A stretch of DNA of 59,146 bases, filler included. It is 3 parts of 3 records of this genome, joined end to end, with 100 filler letters (N's around TTAATTAATTAA, not from the genome) between each part and the next. Parts side by side here need not be neighbours in the genome. Positions count along the whole stretch, not along the records: positions 1 to 31,716 come from SRR20825006_2076; 2 more parts are not named here. One strand, 5' to 3'. The translations under genes and the position numbers were made by a program. Position 1 is the stretch's first letter. The number at the start of each line of letters is the position of its first letter. Shown here one piece after another: positions 18,696 to 29,296 of this stretch. The notes beneath the pieces are model-generated. The model was given only the letters and a program-made list of their open reading frames with translations. It searched no databases and was not told the origin of the DNA.

Positions 18696-20431
18696 ACCGG
18701 TTCTAATAAATCATCCACCAGAAACTGCACCGTTTTAGTGGCTCTGAACTCATTGACAGCCAGGCGGTAACGAATCATCACTTTTTGACCACGCTCCAGC
18801 CAGTCGGGCTTACCTTGTCTGAAAGCCATCGCAGTGACTTGCCGTTTATCAGCCAGGCTTAAACTCAGGCGTAAATGATCCTGCTCCTGGCCCACCAGTC
18901 GCCAGTCGGCAACTTCAAACAGACCATGGAAGCGAGGCTCTTCGAAGCCCTGTCCCCACGGAGCGGCGTTAGGTAATATCTCGGCCAGATCCAGATTGAT
19001 TTCAGCATGCTCCAGTTCACCATCTGACTGCAGGTGTTGCTGATAAACAGTGGGATCAACCATATCGGTCAGTGCCGCTTCAAAGGCCTTGGCAAAGGCT
19101 TCAAAATCCGTCTGTTTCAAAGTCAAGCCGGCAGCCATCGCGTGGCCGCCGAAACGTTGCAGCATCTGCGGATGACGGCTGGCAATGCGAGCCAGCACAT
19201 CGCGGATATGGACACCGGCAATGGAGCGGGCCGAGCCTTTGATTTCGCCTTCATTACCGGAAGCAAAAGCTATCACCGGCCTATGTAGTTTTTCCTTGAT
19301 TCGCGATGCCAGCAGACCAATAACACCCTGATGCCAGTCTGGATCATAGAGGCAATATCCCGGTGCCTGATCCGCCGTTTCCAGCGACAGTTTATCAAGC
19401 ATCTGCAGCGCATCCTGCTGCATTTGTTGCTCTACGGCGCGCCGTTCCAGGTTAATTTGATCCAGTTGCGCTGCCACCATCAAAGCCTGCTGCCAGTTAT
19501 CGGTCAATAGCAGATTGATACCGAGGCCCATATCTTCCATTCTGCCGGCGGCATTGAGTCTGGGCGCCACGCTGAAAGCCAGGTCCGGGCTGGCCAGTTT
19601 AGCCGCTTCACGTCCTGCGACCTGAGTCAGAGCCAGAATGCCGGCACAGGCTCGGCGTTGTCGCATCCGCTTGAGACCCAGATCCACCAGCGTCCGGTTC
19701 AGTTGGTCCAGTGGCACGACATCAGCGACGGTGCCCAGTGCCACAATATCCAGCCAGTCAGCGACATTGGGTTCTTTAATGCCCTGCTGTTCGAACCAGT
19801 TTTGTTCGCGCAGGACCTGTCTCAAACCTAACAACAGATAAAAGCAGACACCGACACCAGCGAGGTTTTTGGATGGGAAAGTATCGCCGGGCTGATTGGG
19901 GTTAATGATCGCATCGGCATCAGGCAGCGTCTCACCGGCCAGATGATGGTCGGTGACCAGAACTTTGATATCCCGCTCTTTTGCAGCGTTGACGCCGGCA
20001 ATGGCGGCAATGCCGTTATCCACCGTCAATAATAAATCCGGCTGCTGCTGTTGCGGAATTTCATCGAGTAGCTCCGGAGTCAGGCCGTACCCGTGAACAA
20101 AGCGATTGGGGACGATAAAATCGATATGTTGCAGGCCAAAGGCTTTCAGGCCACGGATAGCAAGCGCACAACTGGTGGCACCGTCACTGTCAAAATCAGC
20201 GACCACGGTGACTTTCCATTGCTGCTGCAGAGCTTTCGTCAAAAGCGCCACCGCTTTGTCCATACCCAGCATCTGCTCAGGTCGCGGCAGATTACTGAGT
20301 TCAAAGAAAAGCGTCTCCGCTTCCTTAATGCCTCTGGCAGCAAGCACCCGTCGCAGACAATCCGGCCAGTTGTCAGGCAGCTGTTCCCAACCACTGCTGT
20401 CACGTTGTTTAATCATCATTGCTGTCATCAC
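18692..20431 (-). CDS. recJ: ssDNA-specific exonuclease RecJ
   Basis: DFDSDG, TVDNG, TDHH, PRLNAAGR, GSARS and GGHAMAAG motifs. Confidence 0.97.
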   Translation of the reverse strand: MMTAMMIKQRDSSGWEQLPDNWPDCLRRVLAARGIKEAETLFFELSNLPRPEQMLGMDKAVALLTKALQQQWKVTVVADFDSDGATSCALAIRGLKAFGLQHIDFIVPNRFVHGYGLTPELLDEIPQQQQPDLLLTVDNGIAAIAGVNAAKERDIKVLVTDHHLAGETLPDADAIINPNQPGDTFPSKNLAGVGVCFYLLLGLRQVLREQNWFEQQGIKEPNVADWLDIVALGTVADVVPLDQLNRTLVDLGLKRMRQRRACAGILALTQVAGREAAKLASPDLAFSVAPRLNAAGRMEDMGLGINLLLTDNWQQALMVAAQLDQINLERRAVEQQMQQDALQMLDKLSLETADQAPGYCLYDPDWHQGVIGLLASRIKEKLHRPVIAFASGNEGEIKGSARSIAGVHIRDVLARIASRHPQMLQRFGGHAMAAGLTLKQTDFEAFAKAFEAALTDMVDPTVYQQHLQSDGELEHAEINLDLAEILPNAAPWGQGFEEPRFHGLFEVADWRLVGQEQDHLRLSLSLADKRQVTAMAFRQGKPDWLERGQKVMIRYRLAVNEFRATKTVQFLVDDLLEPV

Positions 20432-21354
20432 CAGAACCGCCAGCTTGATAAGGGAGTCAGTTTATAATCGCCCCATTCGGGAATAATCAGTTCCAACTCG
20501 CCAAGACGCCAGTATTTCAATGCCCGCATCGCCGGTAACAGCCAGTTTTGGACGAGCGCCTGCCATTGTTGATCCCAGTCACTATCTGGGTCAAAGGCGA
20601 GCACATGCACTGCCTGTCTGGTGCTAATCTGTTCGAACTCAGAGATACCGCTTTGGTAATCTGATCCGGTTTCAACAGCCAGTGCTTTCAACAGCGACGC
20701 GTCACCTGAAACGTGCGGCCAGGCTTGCCATGCTGGCATTCCTTCTTTGCCCCAGAACCACAGACTATTGATTGGAACTTTGCCGGCAGCTTCCCTGGCC
20801 TGGTTTGCAGGACAATCAAATAACAGCATCTGAATTTCATTCCATAGTCGAATCCAGTCTTCTGCCCCCTCACCACTGGGCAGATGATCAGTGACTGGTC
20901 GTCCATGCAGTCCCTCTTTGGCAGTCAAATCTGTCAGCGGTAATTCATTGCACTCGAGGAGCCAGTTGTCAGCCGCTAGCACCGTCAAACGGGCATTGAA
21001 ATCATCGAATAGTGGCTGAATGCGGCTGGCCAAAGCTTCAGCCTCCTGCATACTCAAATCCAGATCGCGGTAAAACAGCAACAGTTGATCCCGATCAGGG
21101 TGCAGATAACAGGGATCGGCACAAAGACTGTTTTGAGTGCCGCCTCGCAATCGAGCGATGGGTAGATCTGTGCCTTTAAGCTTTTGCTCAGCAAATAGGG
21201 ATAATAGTCGCCGGTAATAAGGGCTATTATCAGCGTGGAATCGGGCTTTGTTAAGACAACGGTTTACGGCATCAGGCACCAGGCCGCGATTAAGTTCGTT
21301 AGCAAAGAAAATAGCGTAGTCAGGCAGTACCAGGCTCAGACGGGCCTTAGCCAT
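20428..21354 (-). CDS. Conserved recJ-adjacent protein (RpfE-like / degenerate phosphoglycerate mutase-like)
   Basis: LCADPCYL and WNEIQMLLFD..N..RE.AGK.PINSLWFWG motifs; coupled to hda and recJ. Start ATG 21354. Confidence 0.75.
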   Translation of the reverse strand: MAKARLSLVLPDYAIFFANELNRGLVPDAVNRCLNKARFHADNSPYYRRLLSLFAEQKLKGTDLPIARLRGGTQNSLCADPCYLHPDRDQLLLFYRDLDLSMQEAEALASRIQPLFDDFNARLTVLAADNWLLECNELPLTDLTAKEGLHGRPVTDHLPSGEGAEDWIRLWNEIQMLLFDCPANQAREAAGKVPINSLWFWGKEGMPAWQAWPHVSGDASLLKALAVETGSDYQSGISEFEQISTRQAVHVLAFDPDSDWDQQWQALVQNWLLPAMRALKYWRLGELELIIPEWGDYKLTPLSSWRFW

Positions 21355-22051
21355 CGTTGAGCACCTGCCTGACAAAGGGTATTGTCAATTTCCGTTTCGC
21401 CTGCAAGGACGCTTTATCAAGCCTTTGCAATACAGTCATCAGTGCCGGCATATCACGGCCATAATGGCGCAATAGGTACTGGGCCACATCCTCCGTCATA
21501 GTCAGTCCACGGATTTGTGACTGCAGTATCAAAGCCTGCTGTTTCTGCTCATCGTTCATCGTGGTCAATTGGTAGACCAGTCCGGTGGCCAGTCGTGAAC
21601 GCAAATCAGGCAGTTCGATGTCAATATTGGCCGGATTGTGCTCGGTCGCTACCAGCAAGTGCCCGCGGGCATCATGCAGCCGGTTGAAACAGTGGAAAAG
21701 CGCCACTTCCCATTCGCGTTTGCCGGCTATCGCTTCCAGATCGTCAAGACAAACTAAATCGGCCTGCTCCAGTGACTCCAGCACGGCAGGCTGGGCGGTT
21801 TGAATCAACTCGGCCAGGGACAGATAAATAACGCGATAGCCCTGCTGCTGAACACGTTCAGCACAGGCAATCAATAAATGGGTCTTGCCAGTGCCGCCTT
21901 CGCCGTAGAGATAGAGAAAATCGAGGCTGTCGAGTTCACAGAAAGCCTGTAATGCCTGCTCAGTCTCAGGTTTGGCAAACAGGAAGTTATCCAGCCGATA
22001 AATTTCCTGTGGTGTCAGGCGCAGGGTTAACTGGGTTTGGGCAACAGTCAT
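21347..22051 (-). CDS. hda: DnaA regulatory inactivator Hda
   Basis: N-terminal QLTL clamp-binding-like motif, GEGGTGKTHL, LFHCFNR, LPDLRSRL and RKLTIPFVRQVL. Confidence 0.95.
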   Translation of the reverse strand: MTVAQTQLTLRLTPQEIYRLDNFLFAKPETEQALQAFCELDSLDFLYLYGEGGTGKTHLLIACAERVQQQGYRVIYLSLAELIQTAQPAVLESLEQADLVCLDDLEAIAGKREWEVALFHCFNRLHDARGHLLVATEHNPANIDIELPDLRSRLATGLVYQLTTMNDEQKQQALILQSQIRGLTMTEDVAQYLLRHYGRDMPALMTVLQRLDKASLQAKRKLTIPFVRQVLNDG

Positions 22052-22065
22052 GATAATGAATTAAC

Positions 22066-23112
22066 TCAGGAATAAAGATGGCTGCTGACATAGCGCTGAT
22101 GTGCATGCCGCAACAGCACCATGACGACTGCCGCCACGGGCAATGCCAGTAATACGCCGGTGAAGCCGAACAACTTGCCGCCAGCCAGCACCGCAAAGAT
22201 AACCGCCACCGGATGCAGACCAATACGTTCGCCGACAAAGTGCGGCGTCAGCAACATGCCCTCTATCGATTGCGCGACAGTAAATACAATCACGACATAG
22301 AACACCGGCAACCATTCACCGAACTGAAAAAAGGCGGCCAGGCCGGCCAGTACGATACCGACAATCAGCCCCAGGTATGGCACAAAACTGACCAGACCGG
22401 CAATCACACCGAGTAACAGCGCCAGTTCCAGTCCGATAAGACTCAGGCCGATTGTGTAAATGACTGACAGTGACAGCATCACCATCAACTGACCGCGGAT
22501 AAAGCCGGCCAGCATATCGTCGCATTCCAGCGACATCTCGATGAATTTACCGGAGATCCGGCGAGGTAACAGTTCTCTGAAGCGCGCTACCAGTAAATCC
22601 CAGTCGCGCAGAAGATAAAAAGTCAGAACCGGAATCAAGACCAGATTACCAACCCATTGCAGCAATGCCATGCCTGACTGGGTAACATAACTGAACACAC
22701 CGCCGGCAACATTGCCCATTTCAGACCAGTAATTATTCAGCGCCTGTTTCAGCGTTTGCAGGTTGAAAACATCACTGGGCAGGCCGGCACTGGTCAGAAT
22801 CGGCTCCAATGCTTTTTGTGCCACAGTCAGGTAGCCAGGCAGGTTGGTAAACAATTTAGTCACCTGACCGCTCAGCATCGGTAACAAAACCAGCAGCAGG
22901 ATGATCATCGCTATAAACAGCACGGCAAAGACCACGGTCACGGCCACAGTCCGCGACAGCTTCCAGTTCTCCAGTCTGTCTACCAGCGGATCACCGAGAT
23001 AAGCCAACAATGCCGCAATAAAAAATGGCATCAGTACCGGAGACAGTTGGAACAGTAACCAGCCCCCGGCAATCAGACTGACCAGGACTATCAGTTTATT
23101 GGTATCACTCAT
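22066..23112 (-). CDS. AI-2E family (PerM-like) transporter
   Basis: AALLAYLGDPLVDRLE, FIRGQL, VPYLG and IGLHPVAVIFA motifs. Start ATG 23112 overlaps the upstream stop (ATGA). Confidence 0.92.
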   Translation of the reverse strand: MSDTNKLIVLVSLIAGGWLLFQLSPVLMPFFIAALLAYLGDPLVDRLENWKLSRTVAVTVVFAVLFIAMIILLLVLLPMLSGQVTKLFTNLPGYLTVAQKALEPILTSAGLPSDVFNLQTLKQALNNYWSEMGNVAGGVFSYVTQSGMALLQWVGNLVLIPVLTFYLLRDWDLLVARFRELLPRRISGKFIEMSLECDDMLAGFIRGQLMVMLSLSVIYTIGLSLIGLELALLLGVIAGLVSFVPYLGLIVGIVLAGLAAFFQFGEWLPVFYVVIVFTVAQSIEGMLLTPHFVGERIGLHPVAVIFAVLAGGKLFGFTGVLLALPVAAVVMVLLRHAHQRYVSSHLYS

Positions 23113-23666
23113 CGTTTTTGTTTGATCTGCCGCCATGCTCTCGCTCCCCATACCAGAACATATTCCGTGCCGCTATTGATGACACTGGCTACAACCAGCC
23201 AGATGCCAATCGTCACTACCTTGTCCAGTCCCGGCAGCCACTGTTGCTGAACCATCACCAGCAATACCAGTGCAATCTGCAGGGTGGTGTTGATTTTACT
23301 GCTCCATAACGGGCTCAGATCAAACTGGCCGACGTAATAATGATAAGCGAGCCCCCCGCCGATAATGATGACATCGCGTGCCAGCACCAGCCATAACAAC
23401 CACAGTGGCAGCAGGCCCAGCCAGGTTAAGCTGGCAAATGTCGCAACCAGCAATAGCTTGTCAGCAATCGGATCAAGAATTGAACCCAGCCGCGATTCCC
23501 AGTGGAAGTGCTTGGCCAGAAAACCATCCAGCCCGTCGGAAATACCGGCGATGGCAAACAGCAGTAATGCCAGCTCGAACTGTTCCGTTGCCAGCGCCCA
23601 TACCACCGGCACAACCAGCAGGATCCGAAGCATGGAAATCAGATTGGGGATATCTCTCAAACTCAA
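23109..23666 (-). CDS. CDP-alcohol phosphatidyltransferase
   Basis: IPNLISMLR and the signature DGLDGFLAK...GSILDPIADK. Confidence 0.93.
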   Translation of the reverse strand: MSLRDIPNLISMLRILLVVPVVWALATEQFELALLLFAIAGISDGLDGFLAKHFHWESRLGSILDPIADKLLLVATFASLTWLGLLPLWLLWLVLARDVIIIGGGLAYHYYVGQFDLSPLWSSKINTTLQIALVLLVMVQQQWLPGLDKVVTIGIWLVVASVINSGTEYVLVWGARAWRQIKQKR

Positions 23667-24718
23667 GGTATTAACCGATATTGTTTGGCGTTGCTGCTTT
23701 CAGCTTGCGGTTCTTCAACCAGTAAACTGCCAACTGCGAAAGTACTTTGCAACACATCCAGACTGCCACGAAAAGCAATATCCAGATCCAGTTGTTGCTC
23801 TCCCAAGTTGATGACACGAATATCGCTGATGAGTTCGAGTTTTTCCAGATAAGCCATCAAGCGGCTGAAATCGGCATAATTAATCACATCCATGATTTGC
23901 ATAGTCAGTCGCTGAACTTCAGCGCCATCATCGACCAACTGACCATACTGCAGGGCCAGTTTGTCCGCCAGGTGCCCTATGCCTTCGACAAAAGCATCCT
24001 GCATTGTTCCCTGCGACTGCCAGGACGTATTGATGCCCGCCCCACTCGCACGCCACTGAACCTGCATTTGGTCATCATTCAATTGCATCACGGAGGTCAT
24101 CACGATATCAGCACCATAGCGCTCAGAAGCAGCCTCTATCGCTGCCTCATTGCCATCGCGAATATCGGCGACTGATAAAGCGGCCTGGTCCTGCAAATCC
24201 ATCAATGGCATCAGGATAGGCAGACCACGCTGATCAGCGGCCTGATTTAATGGTCTGAAAATGCCCATCGATGCGTTTTCCAGCCCAAGAATACTGGTTT
24301 CACCCTGATTCTCTACGACCGCCCAGATTAAGATATCAGGTCGGTTACTGCCCCAGATGGGTAATTGAAGTTCATTAACAGCACGGTTAACCGCTGCCGG
24401 GTTAAACCGCAGAGACAGGGAAAGTTCATCAGGCTGAGTTAAATCCGCGCCGATGATGTTGGTGCGGCGATATTCGTATTGCTGCATGAACTGCTCAGCC
24501 TCGGACAGTACCGGTGCCAGTGGCGCTGTTTCCAGCAGGGCTTTGTTACCAACGACTTTGAGCATTACCTGCTGTAACAGTTGTGGCATCAGCTTTGCCC
24601 TTTCCTGCTCGTCGCGCGAGTCGACCGGTGCGGAGGCCTGGTAAAGATTATCGACCTCGGCAGCATGGCTGCTAAAGGTTAAACTGAGCAAAATTAGGGC
24701 AATAAATAATCGATGCAT
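23663..24718 (-). CDS. DUF2066 family exported protein
   Basis: Signal peptide; LPIWGSNRP and RGLPILMPLMDLQD motifs; conserved position divergent from purM. Confidence 0.85.
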   Translation of the reverse strand: MHRLFIALILLSLTFSSHAAEVDNLYQASAPVDSRDEQERAKLMPQLLQQVMLKVVGNKALLETAPLAPVLSEAEQFMQQYEYRRTNIIGADLTQPDELSLSLRFNPAAVNRAVNELQLPIWGSNRPDILIWAVVENQGETSILGLENASMGIFRPLNQAADQRGLPILMPLMDLQDQAALSVADIRDGNEAAIEAASERYGADIVMTSVMQLNDDQMQVQWRASGAGINTSWQSQGTMQDAFVEGIGHLADKLALQYGQLVDDGAEVQRLTMQIMDVINYADFSRLMAYLEKLELISDIRVINLGEQQLDLDIAFRGSLDVLQSTFAVGSLLVEEPQAESSNAKQYRLIP

Positions 24719-24825
24719 TGTGGTATTCTAACACGCTGTTTTCAACGTGTGACGACCTACAGGCCGGTCTGTCGGGATCGACTTGTTAAGCGTCTGCAAC
24801 CAGTATAAATTTTCAGGAACAAACC

Positions 24826-25881
24826 ATGACCGATCGCGCGGATTCCTCTCGCACTTCTCTCAGTTATCGTGATGCCGGTGTTGATATCGAAGCCGGTAAT
24901 GCACTGGTGGATCGCATTAAACCCCATGCGGCGAAAACCCGTCGCCCCGGCGTGATGGCCGGCCTGGGTGGTTTCGGCAGCCTGTTTGAACTGCCATTGG
25001 ATCGCTACAAGCAGCCGGTTCTGGTGTCCGGCACCGATGGCGTAGGCACCAAACTGCGTCTGGCCATCGAATCCGGTATTCACAACACCATCGGCATCGA
25101 TCTGGTGGCCATGTGTGCGAATGATATCGCAGTCCTGGGCGCTGAGCCCCTGTTCTTCCTCGACTACTACGCCACTGGCAAACTGGATGTCGATGTTGCC
25201 GAATCCGTGGTCTCCGGTATTGCTGAAGGCTGCCTGCAGGCAGGTGCTGCGCTGGTCGGTGGTGAAACCGCGGAAATGCCCAGCATGTATGAAGACGGCG
25301 ATTACGACCTGGCCGGTTTCTGTGTTGGCGTCGTCGAAAAAGACGGGGTTATCGATGGTAGTAAAGTCGCTGCCGGTGACAAGCTGATCGGGCTTGCCGC
25401 TTCAGGTCCGCACTCCAACGGCTATTCCCTGATCCGTAAAATTCTGGCGCGTAGCGGTCAGTCAATGAATGATGATTTCGATGGCAGCACACTGGGTGAA
25501 AAACTGCTGGCTCCCACCCGGATTTACGTGAAGTCTCTACTTGAACTGAATAACAAAATCAGTATCCATGCTTTGTCGCACATCACCGGCGGTGGCCTGC
25601 TGGAAAACATTCCGCGGGTATTGCCTGATGATAAGAAAGCGGTCATCAGTGCTGACAGCTGGCAGCGCCCTGCTGTCTTTGACTGGCTGCAGGAACAGGG
25701 CAATGTTGAAGACAAAGAAATGTACCGTACCTTCAATAACGGTATTGGTATGGTTGTCATCGTCTCAGCTGAAGAGGCAGACACCGCGCTTAGTCTGCTG
25801 CATGGTCTGGGTGAAGAAGCCAGCCTGATTGGCCAGATTGAAAACCGCGCTGCTGACGAAGATAGTGTGGTAATCAACTGA
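24826..25881 (+). CDS. purM: AIR synthase
   Basis: [30 protein letters not shown] and HITGGGL motifs. Confidence 0.98.
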   Translation: MTDRADSSRTSLSYRDAGVDIEAGNALVDRIKPHAAKTRRPGVMAGLGGFGSLFELPLDRYKQPVLVSGTDGVGTKLRLAIESGIHNTIGIDLVAMCANDIAVLGAEPLFFLDYYATGKLDVDVAESVVSGIAEGCLQAGAALVGGETAEMPSMYEDGDYDLAGFCVGVVEKDGVIDGSKVAAGDKLIGLAASGPHSNGYSLIRKILARSGQSMNDDFDGSTLGEKLLAPTRIYVKSLLELNNKISIHALSHITGGGLLENIPRVLPDDKKAVISADSWQRPAVFDWLQEQGNVEDKEMYRTFNNGIGMVVIVSAEEADTALSLLHGLGEEASLIGQIENRAADEDSVVIN

Positions 25882-25882
25882 G

Positions 25883-26476
25883 ATGACAGAACCCCGTTCC
25901 AACGCCCGGCTGGTGATTCTGATTTCCGGCCGCGGCAGTAATATGCGCTCAATCGTTGAAGCGGCGAACAAGGACGAACTCAATGTTGATATTGCCGCCG
26001 TCATCAGTAATCGCCCCGATGCTGCCGGTCTTGAATTCGCCCAGCAGGCCGGTATCACCACCGAGGTCATTGATCACAAGCAATTCGACAGCCGTGAAAG
26101 CTTTGATAAAGCGATGGCCGAGGCCATTGATAGCTATCGACCGGACTTCGTTATTCTGGCGGGATTTATGCGGATTCTGACCGCAGACTTCGTTAGTCAT
26201 TACGAAGGCAGACTCATCAACATCCATCCTTCGCTGCTGCCCAAATTCAAGGGCCTGCACACCCACGAGCGGGCGATTGAATCGGGCGAGACCGAGCATG
26301 GTGCCAGTGTGCATTTTGTCACAGCAGAGCTGGATGATGGTCCGGTAATATTACAAGCCCGCGTACCGGTATTGCCTGATGATGATGCCGATACCCTGGC
26401 TGCCAGAGTGCTGGAGCAGGAACATCTGCTTTATCCGGCTGCCATAAAGAAGCTGGTGTCGCAACAAACGGAATAA
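25883..26476 (+). CDS. purN: GAR transformylase
   Basis: ISGRGSN, LAGFMRIL, NIHPSLLP and HFVTAELDDGP motifs. Confidence 0.98.
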   Translation: MTEPRSNARLVILISGRGSNMRSIVEAANKDELNVDIAAVISNRPDAAGLEFAQQAGITTEVIDHKQFDSRESFDKAMAEAIDSYRPDFVILAGFMRILTADFVSHYEGRLINIHPSLLPKFKGLHTHERAIESGETEHGASVHFVTAELDDGPVILQARVPVLPDDDADTLAARVLEQEHLLYPAAIKKLVSQQTE

Positions 26477-26478
26477 AT

Positions 26479-27237
26479 ATGCTCAGACTGTTCAGTTATA
26501 TCCTGCTTTTTTGCCTTAGCAAGCCGGCATTGGCCGCTGATATTCCTGACTTTTCCGCCAATTACCTGGTCAAGCTCAATGGCATACAGGCAGGTGAACT
26601 TAAACGTACACTGACGACGCAGGACAACGGTCTGCGTAAATTCAACTCAGTCTCCCAGGCCAAAGGGGTCTTTTCTTTCTTTAAACCTGATGTCATCGAG
26701 GAAACCAGCGTCTGGAAGCTGGTCGATGGCCGTGTCACGCCACAGCGTTACCGTTATCAGCGAACCGGCGGCAAGAAAGATAAATTTCTACAGATGCAGT
26801 TCAACTGGCGGCAGAAACAAGTCAGTATTGACGACCGCGAGCACCCATGGGAACTGGACATTGAGACCGGCGTGTTGGATAAACTGGTGTATCAGATCAG
26901 CCTGATGCGGGATCTGAGCAATGGCGTCAAACAGATTGACTATCTCATCGCCGATGGCGGTCGTCTCAAAACGTATGAGATTAAAGTCCTGGCCAGGGAG
27001 ACCATCACTACGCCGATGGGTCAGATAGAAACCATTAAACTCACCCGTCACCGCGAAAAACCCAATGACCGTGAAACCACACTTTGGTGCGCACCGGCAC
27101 TGGGTTATCTGCCGGTCAAACTAGAACATGTCGAAGATGAAGCCGTGTTTACTGCCGTACTTCGACGTCTTCAGGGTATTGACAGCGAACAGGCTTTCAC
27201 GCCCTTACAATCGGCCCAAACGATAGAGCAACCATGA
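26479..27237 (+). CDS. DUF3108 family exported protein
   Basis: Signal peptide; ETITTPMG...LWCAPALGYLPVKL C-terminal motif; usual position after purN. Confidence 0.85.
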   Translation: MLRLFSYILLFCLSKPALAADIPDFSANYLVKLNGIQAGELKRTLTTQDNGLRKFNSVSQAKGVFSFFKPDVIEETSVWKLVDGRVTPQRYRYQRTGGKKDKFLQMQFNWRQKQVSIDDREHPWELDIETGVLDKLVYQISLMRDLSNGVKQIDYLIADGGRLKTYEIKVLARETITTPMGQIETIKLTRHREKPNDRETTLWCAPALGYLPVKLEHVEDEAVFTAVLRRLQGIDSEQAFTPLQSAQTIEQP

Positions 27238-27839
27238 GTGAAAAACGTTTCCGGATTCTGAAAGAGGAAATGCCTTTCAAAGGCTTTTTCAACATCAAGA
27301 AATACACCCTTGAGCATACGCTCTACAATGGCGGCTGGAGCAGCCAGATTGATCGTGAAGTTTTCCATCGCGGTAACTGTGTCGCCGTATTGCTTTACGA
27401 TCCCAATCGGGATGAAGTGATCATCATCGAACAGTTCCGCGCCGGGGCTATACTCAAATCCAATCAGGAAGAAGCCTGGCTGCTGGAAATTGTTGCCGGC
27501 GCGATGGAGGCTGGTGAAACTGCTGAAGCTGTGGCGCGCCGTGAAGCGATGGAAGAAGCCGGTTGTGAAGTGCAGGAAATGATAAAAATCCGCGAATTTT
27601 TCACCTCCCCTGGCGGCACTTCAGAATACCTGACCCTGTTCTGTGGCCGGGTGGATGCCAGTGAGATCGGTGGCATTCATGGACTCGATCACGAAGATGA
27701 GGATATCGCTGTCAGTAGTCTGCCCTTTGATGAAGTCTGGCAATTGCTGGAAAACGGCCGCATTGAATCGGCGATCCCCATCATTGCTATTCAATGGCTG
27801 GCGCTTAACCGTACTGAGCTGCGTCAGCGCTGGAACTGA
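27234..27839 (+). CDS. nudF: ADP-ribose pyrophosphatase
   Basis: LLYDP, IEQFR, Nudix box GAMEAGETAEAVARREAMEEAG, SPGGTSE and HGLDHEDEDI. Confidence 0.92.
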   Translation: MSEKRFRILKEEMPFKGFFNIKKYTLEHTLYNGGWSSQIDREVFHRGNCVAVLLYDPNRDEVIIIEQFRAGAILKSNQEEAWLLEIVAGAMEAGETAEAVARREAMEEAGCEVQEMIKIREFFTSPGGTSEYLTLFCGRVDASEIGGIHGLDHEDEDIAVSSLPFDEVWQLLENGRIESAIPIIAIQWLALNRTELRQRWN

Positions 27840-27843
27840 CACA

Positions 27844-28284
27844 TCAATCAAACTGCAGTGGCGGTTGCCCTGCGCGTCTTCTGAGCCATGCCACCGCTCG
27901 GTGAACCGAAGGTCGCTGAATCAGCCAGCGCTCGAAGGTGTACTTACCGGGGAAGTTCAGCAGTAACACACCGATCAGCAAAGTCAGCAAGCCCTGCCCC
28001 GGCAGCACGAGCATCGCCAGTCCCAACAGGACAAAGACGAGGCCAAAAATATTTTTAACGATGAGTACAGCCCAACGGATCACGATGTGCTGCTCGGCCC
28101 AGGGGGAAGTCTGGCGTTTGCTCTCGGCGAAGTAATCAACCGGAATTCTGACCACCAGAAACGGGATCAGAAACAGGGAAGCGACAAAAAAGACCAGAGA
28201 ACCCAGTCCCAGCATGAGTAATAGGGTTTCGTTTGCCCAGAGACTATCGAACAGATTCTCAAATACGGTTATCAATGACTGCAT
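27844..28284 (-). CDS. PGPGW-domain membrane protein
   Basis: GLAMLVLPGQGLLTLLIG...FPGK; three hydrophobic segments. Confidence 0.8.
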   Translation of the reverse strand: MQSLITVFENLFDSLWANETLLLMLGLGSLVFFVASLFLIPFLVVRIPVDYFAESKRQTSPWAEQHIVIRWAVLIVKNIFGLVFVLLGLAMLVLPGQGLLTLLIGVLLLNFPGKYTFERWLIQRPSVHRAVAWLRRRAGQPPLQFD

Positions 28285-28306
28285 AGGCTGTTTTAAGCCT
28301 TATTAA

Positions 28307-29212
28307 TCAGCTGTCCGGGCTGATACGGTAACTGACCTGCATGTGATGCACCGCGCCGGGCGCCACAATAATGCTGTTGGCGATGGCATTGGCGGTTTCC
28401 ACACAAATGAACTGCTCGTAATCTTCTGCAGACATATCATTGAGTTGCGAAGCCTTGTCCCAGGGATTCCAGACCACAAAATTGTCTGCTCCCTGATGCT
28501 CAATCTCAATACGGCGCTTCAGGCTCGGATCGACTATCGACACTTTACTGGGTGCGTTGAGATAAACCCGATCTGTCTCACCCTCAGTGGTAATGTCACC
28601 ATCCTGCTTCTGCCGGGCAAGGCCCAGTGTCTTGTCCAGGTAGTCGACGCCGTCCAGACCACTGACACGGGCCTGTTTGACATCACCGACGCGGAAATAG
28701 CTATGCAGAGCCTTGGAGACACTGAAGGGAATTTCACCCTTGTTTTCTGTGGTCAGCGAAATATCAAGCTGATCACCGATATGAATTTTCTTGCGCAGGC
28801 GGAACTCACTCGGCCACCATTGCTTGCTGGTCGCCGTCGATTCCAGTCCCAGTGTGATTTCGACATTATCGTCATGCAACTGGCTGTCGAGCACTTCCCA
28901 GAAAAGGTTACGGGCAAAACCATGTGCCTGCCTTCCCAGATCGCCCGGATCATCGCCAAACCAGGGCCAGCATAGCGGCACACCACCACGTATGGCTTTA
29001 CCCTGTTGGTAAATCGCTTTCTTACTCAGGTAGAACAGATCATGTTCGGCACGTGCCGGTTTGAATGACAACATCTGACCACCATAAAGGGCAATCTTGG
29101 CGTCAGCGCGGGCTGTCGAGACCTGAATCAAAGGCATGCCTGACGGGCCAGCTACAAAGCTGACCTTATCTTCACGCCCGTAAATGCGATTTAATGTACT
29201 GAGATCCTGCAT
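28307..29212 (-). CDS. D-hexose-6-phosphate mutarotase (YeaD-like)
   Basis: AIRGGVPLCWPWFG, HGFAR, ALHSYF, VVWNPW and FICVE motifs. Confidence 0.93.
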   Translation of the reverse strand: MQDLSTLNRIYGREDKVSFVAGPSGMPLIQVSTARADAKIALYGGQMLSFKPARAEHDLFYLSKKAIYQQGKAIRGGVPLCWPWFGDDPGDLGRQAHGFARNLFWEVLDSQLHDDNVEITLGLESTATSKQWWPSEFRLRKKIHIGDQLDISLTTENKGEIPFSVSKALHSYFRVGDVKQARVSGLDGVDYLDKTLGLARQKQDGDITTEGETDRVYLNAPSKVSIVDPSLKRRIEIEHQGADNFVVWNPWDKASQLNDMSAEDYEQFICVETANAIANSIIVAPGAVHHMQVSYRISPDS

Positions 29213-29228
29213 GCGTTATTTTCCAGAC

Positions 29229-29256
29229 AAAAAGACGGGCTGAAATGCCCGTCTTT
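29229..29256 (-). terminator. Rho-independent terminator after slyD
   Basis: Minus strand AAAGACGGGC-ATTTCA-GCCCGTCTTTTT. Confidence 0.8.
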
Positions 29257-29296
29257 CCCTAGACATGGCCGACTGAATTCAGTCAGACCACCCCGA

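Noticed and set aside
24719..24825. PurR box upstream of purM
   Set aside because: No adequate match to GCAAACGTTTNC; only a weak ACACG...CGTGT dyad.
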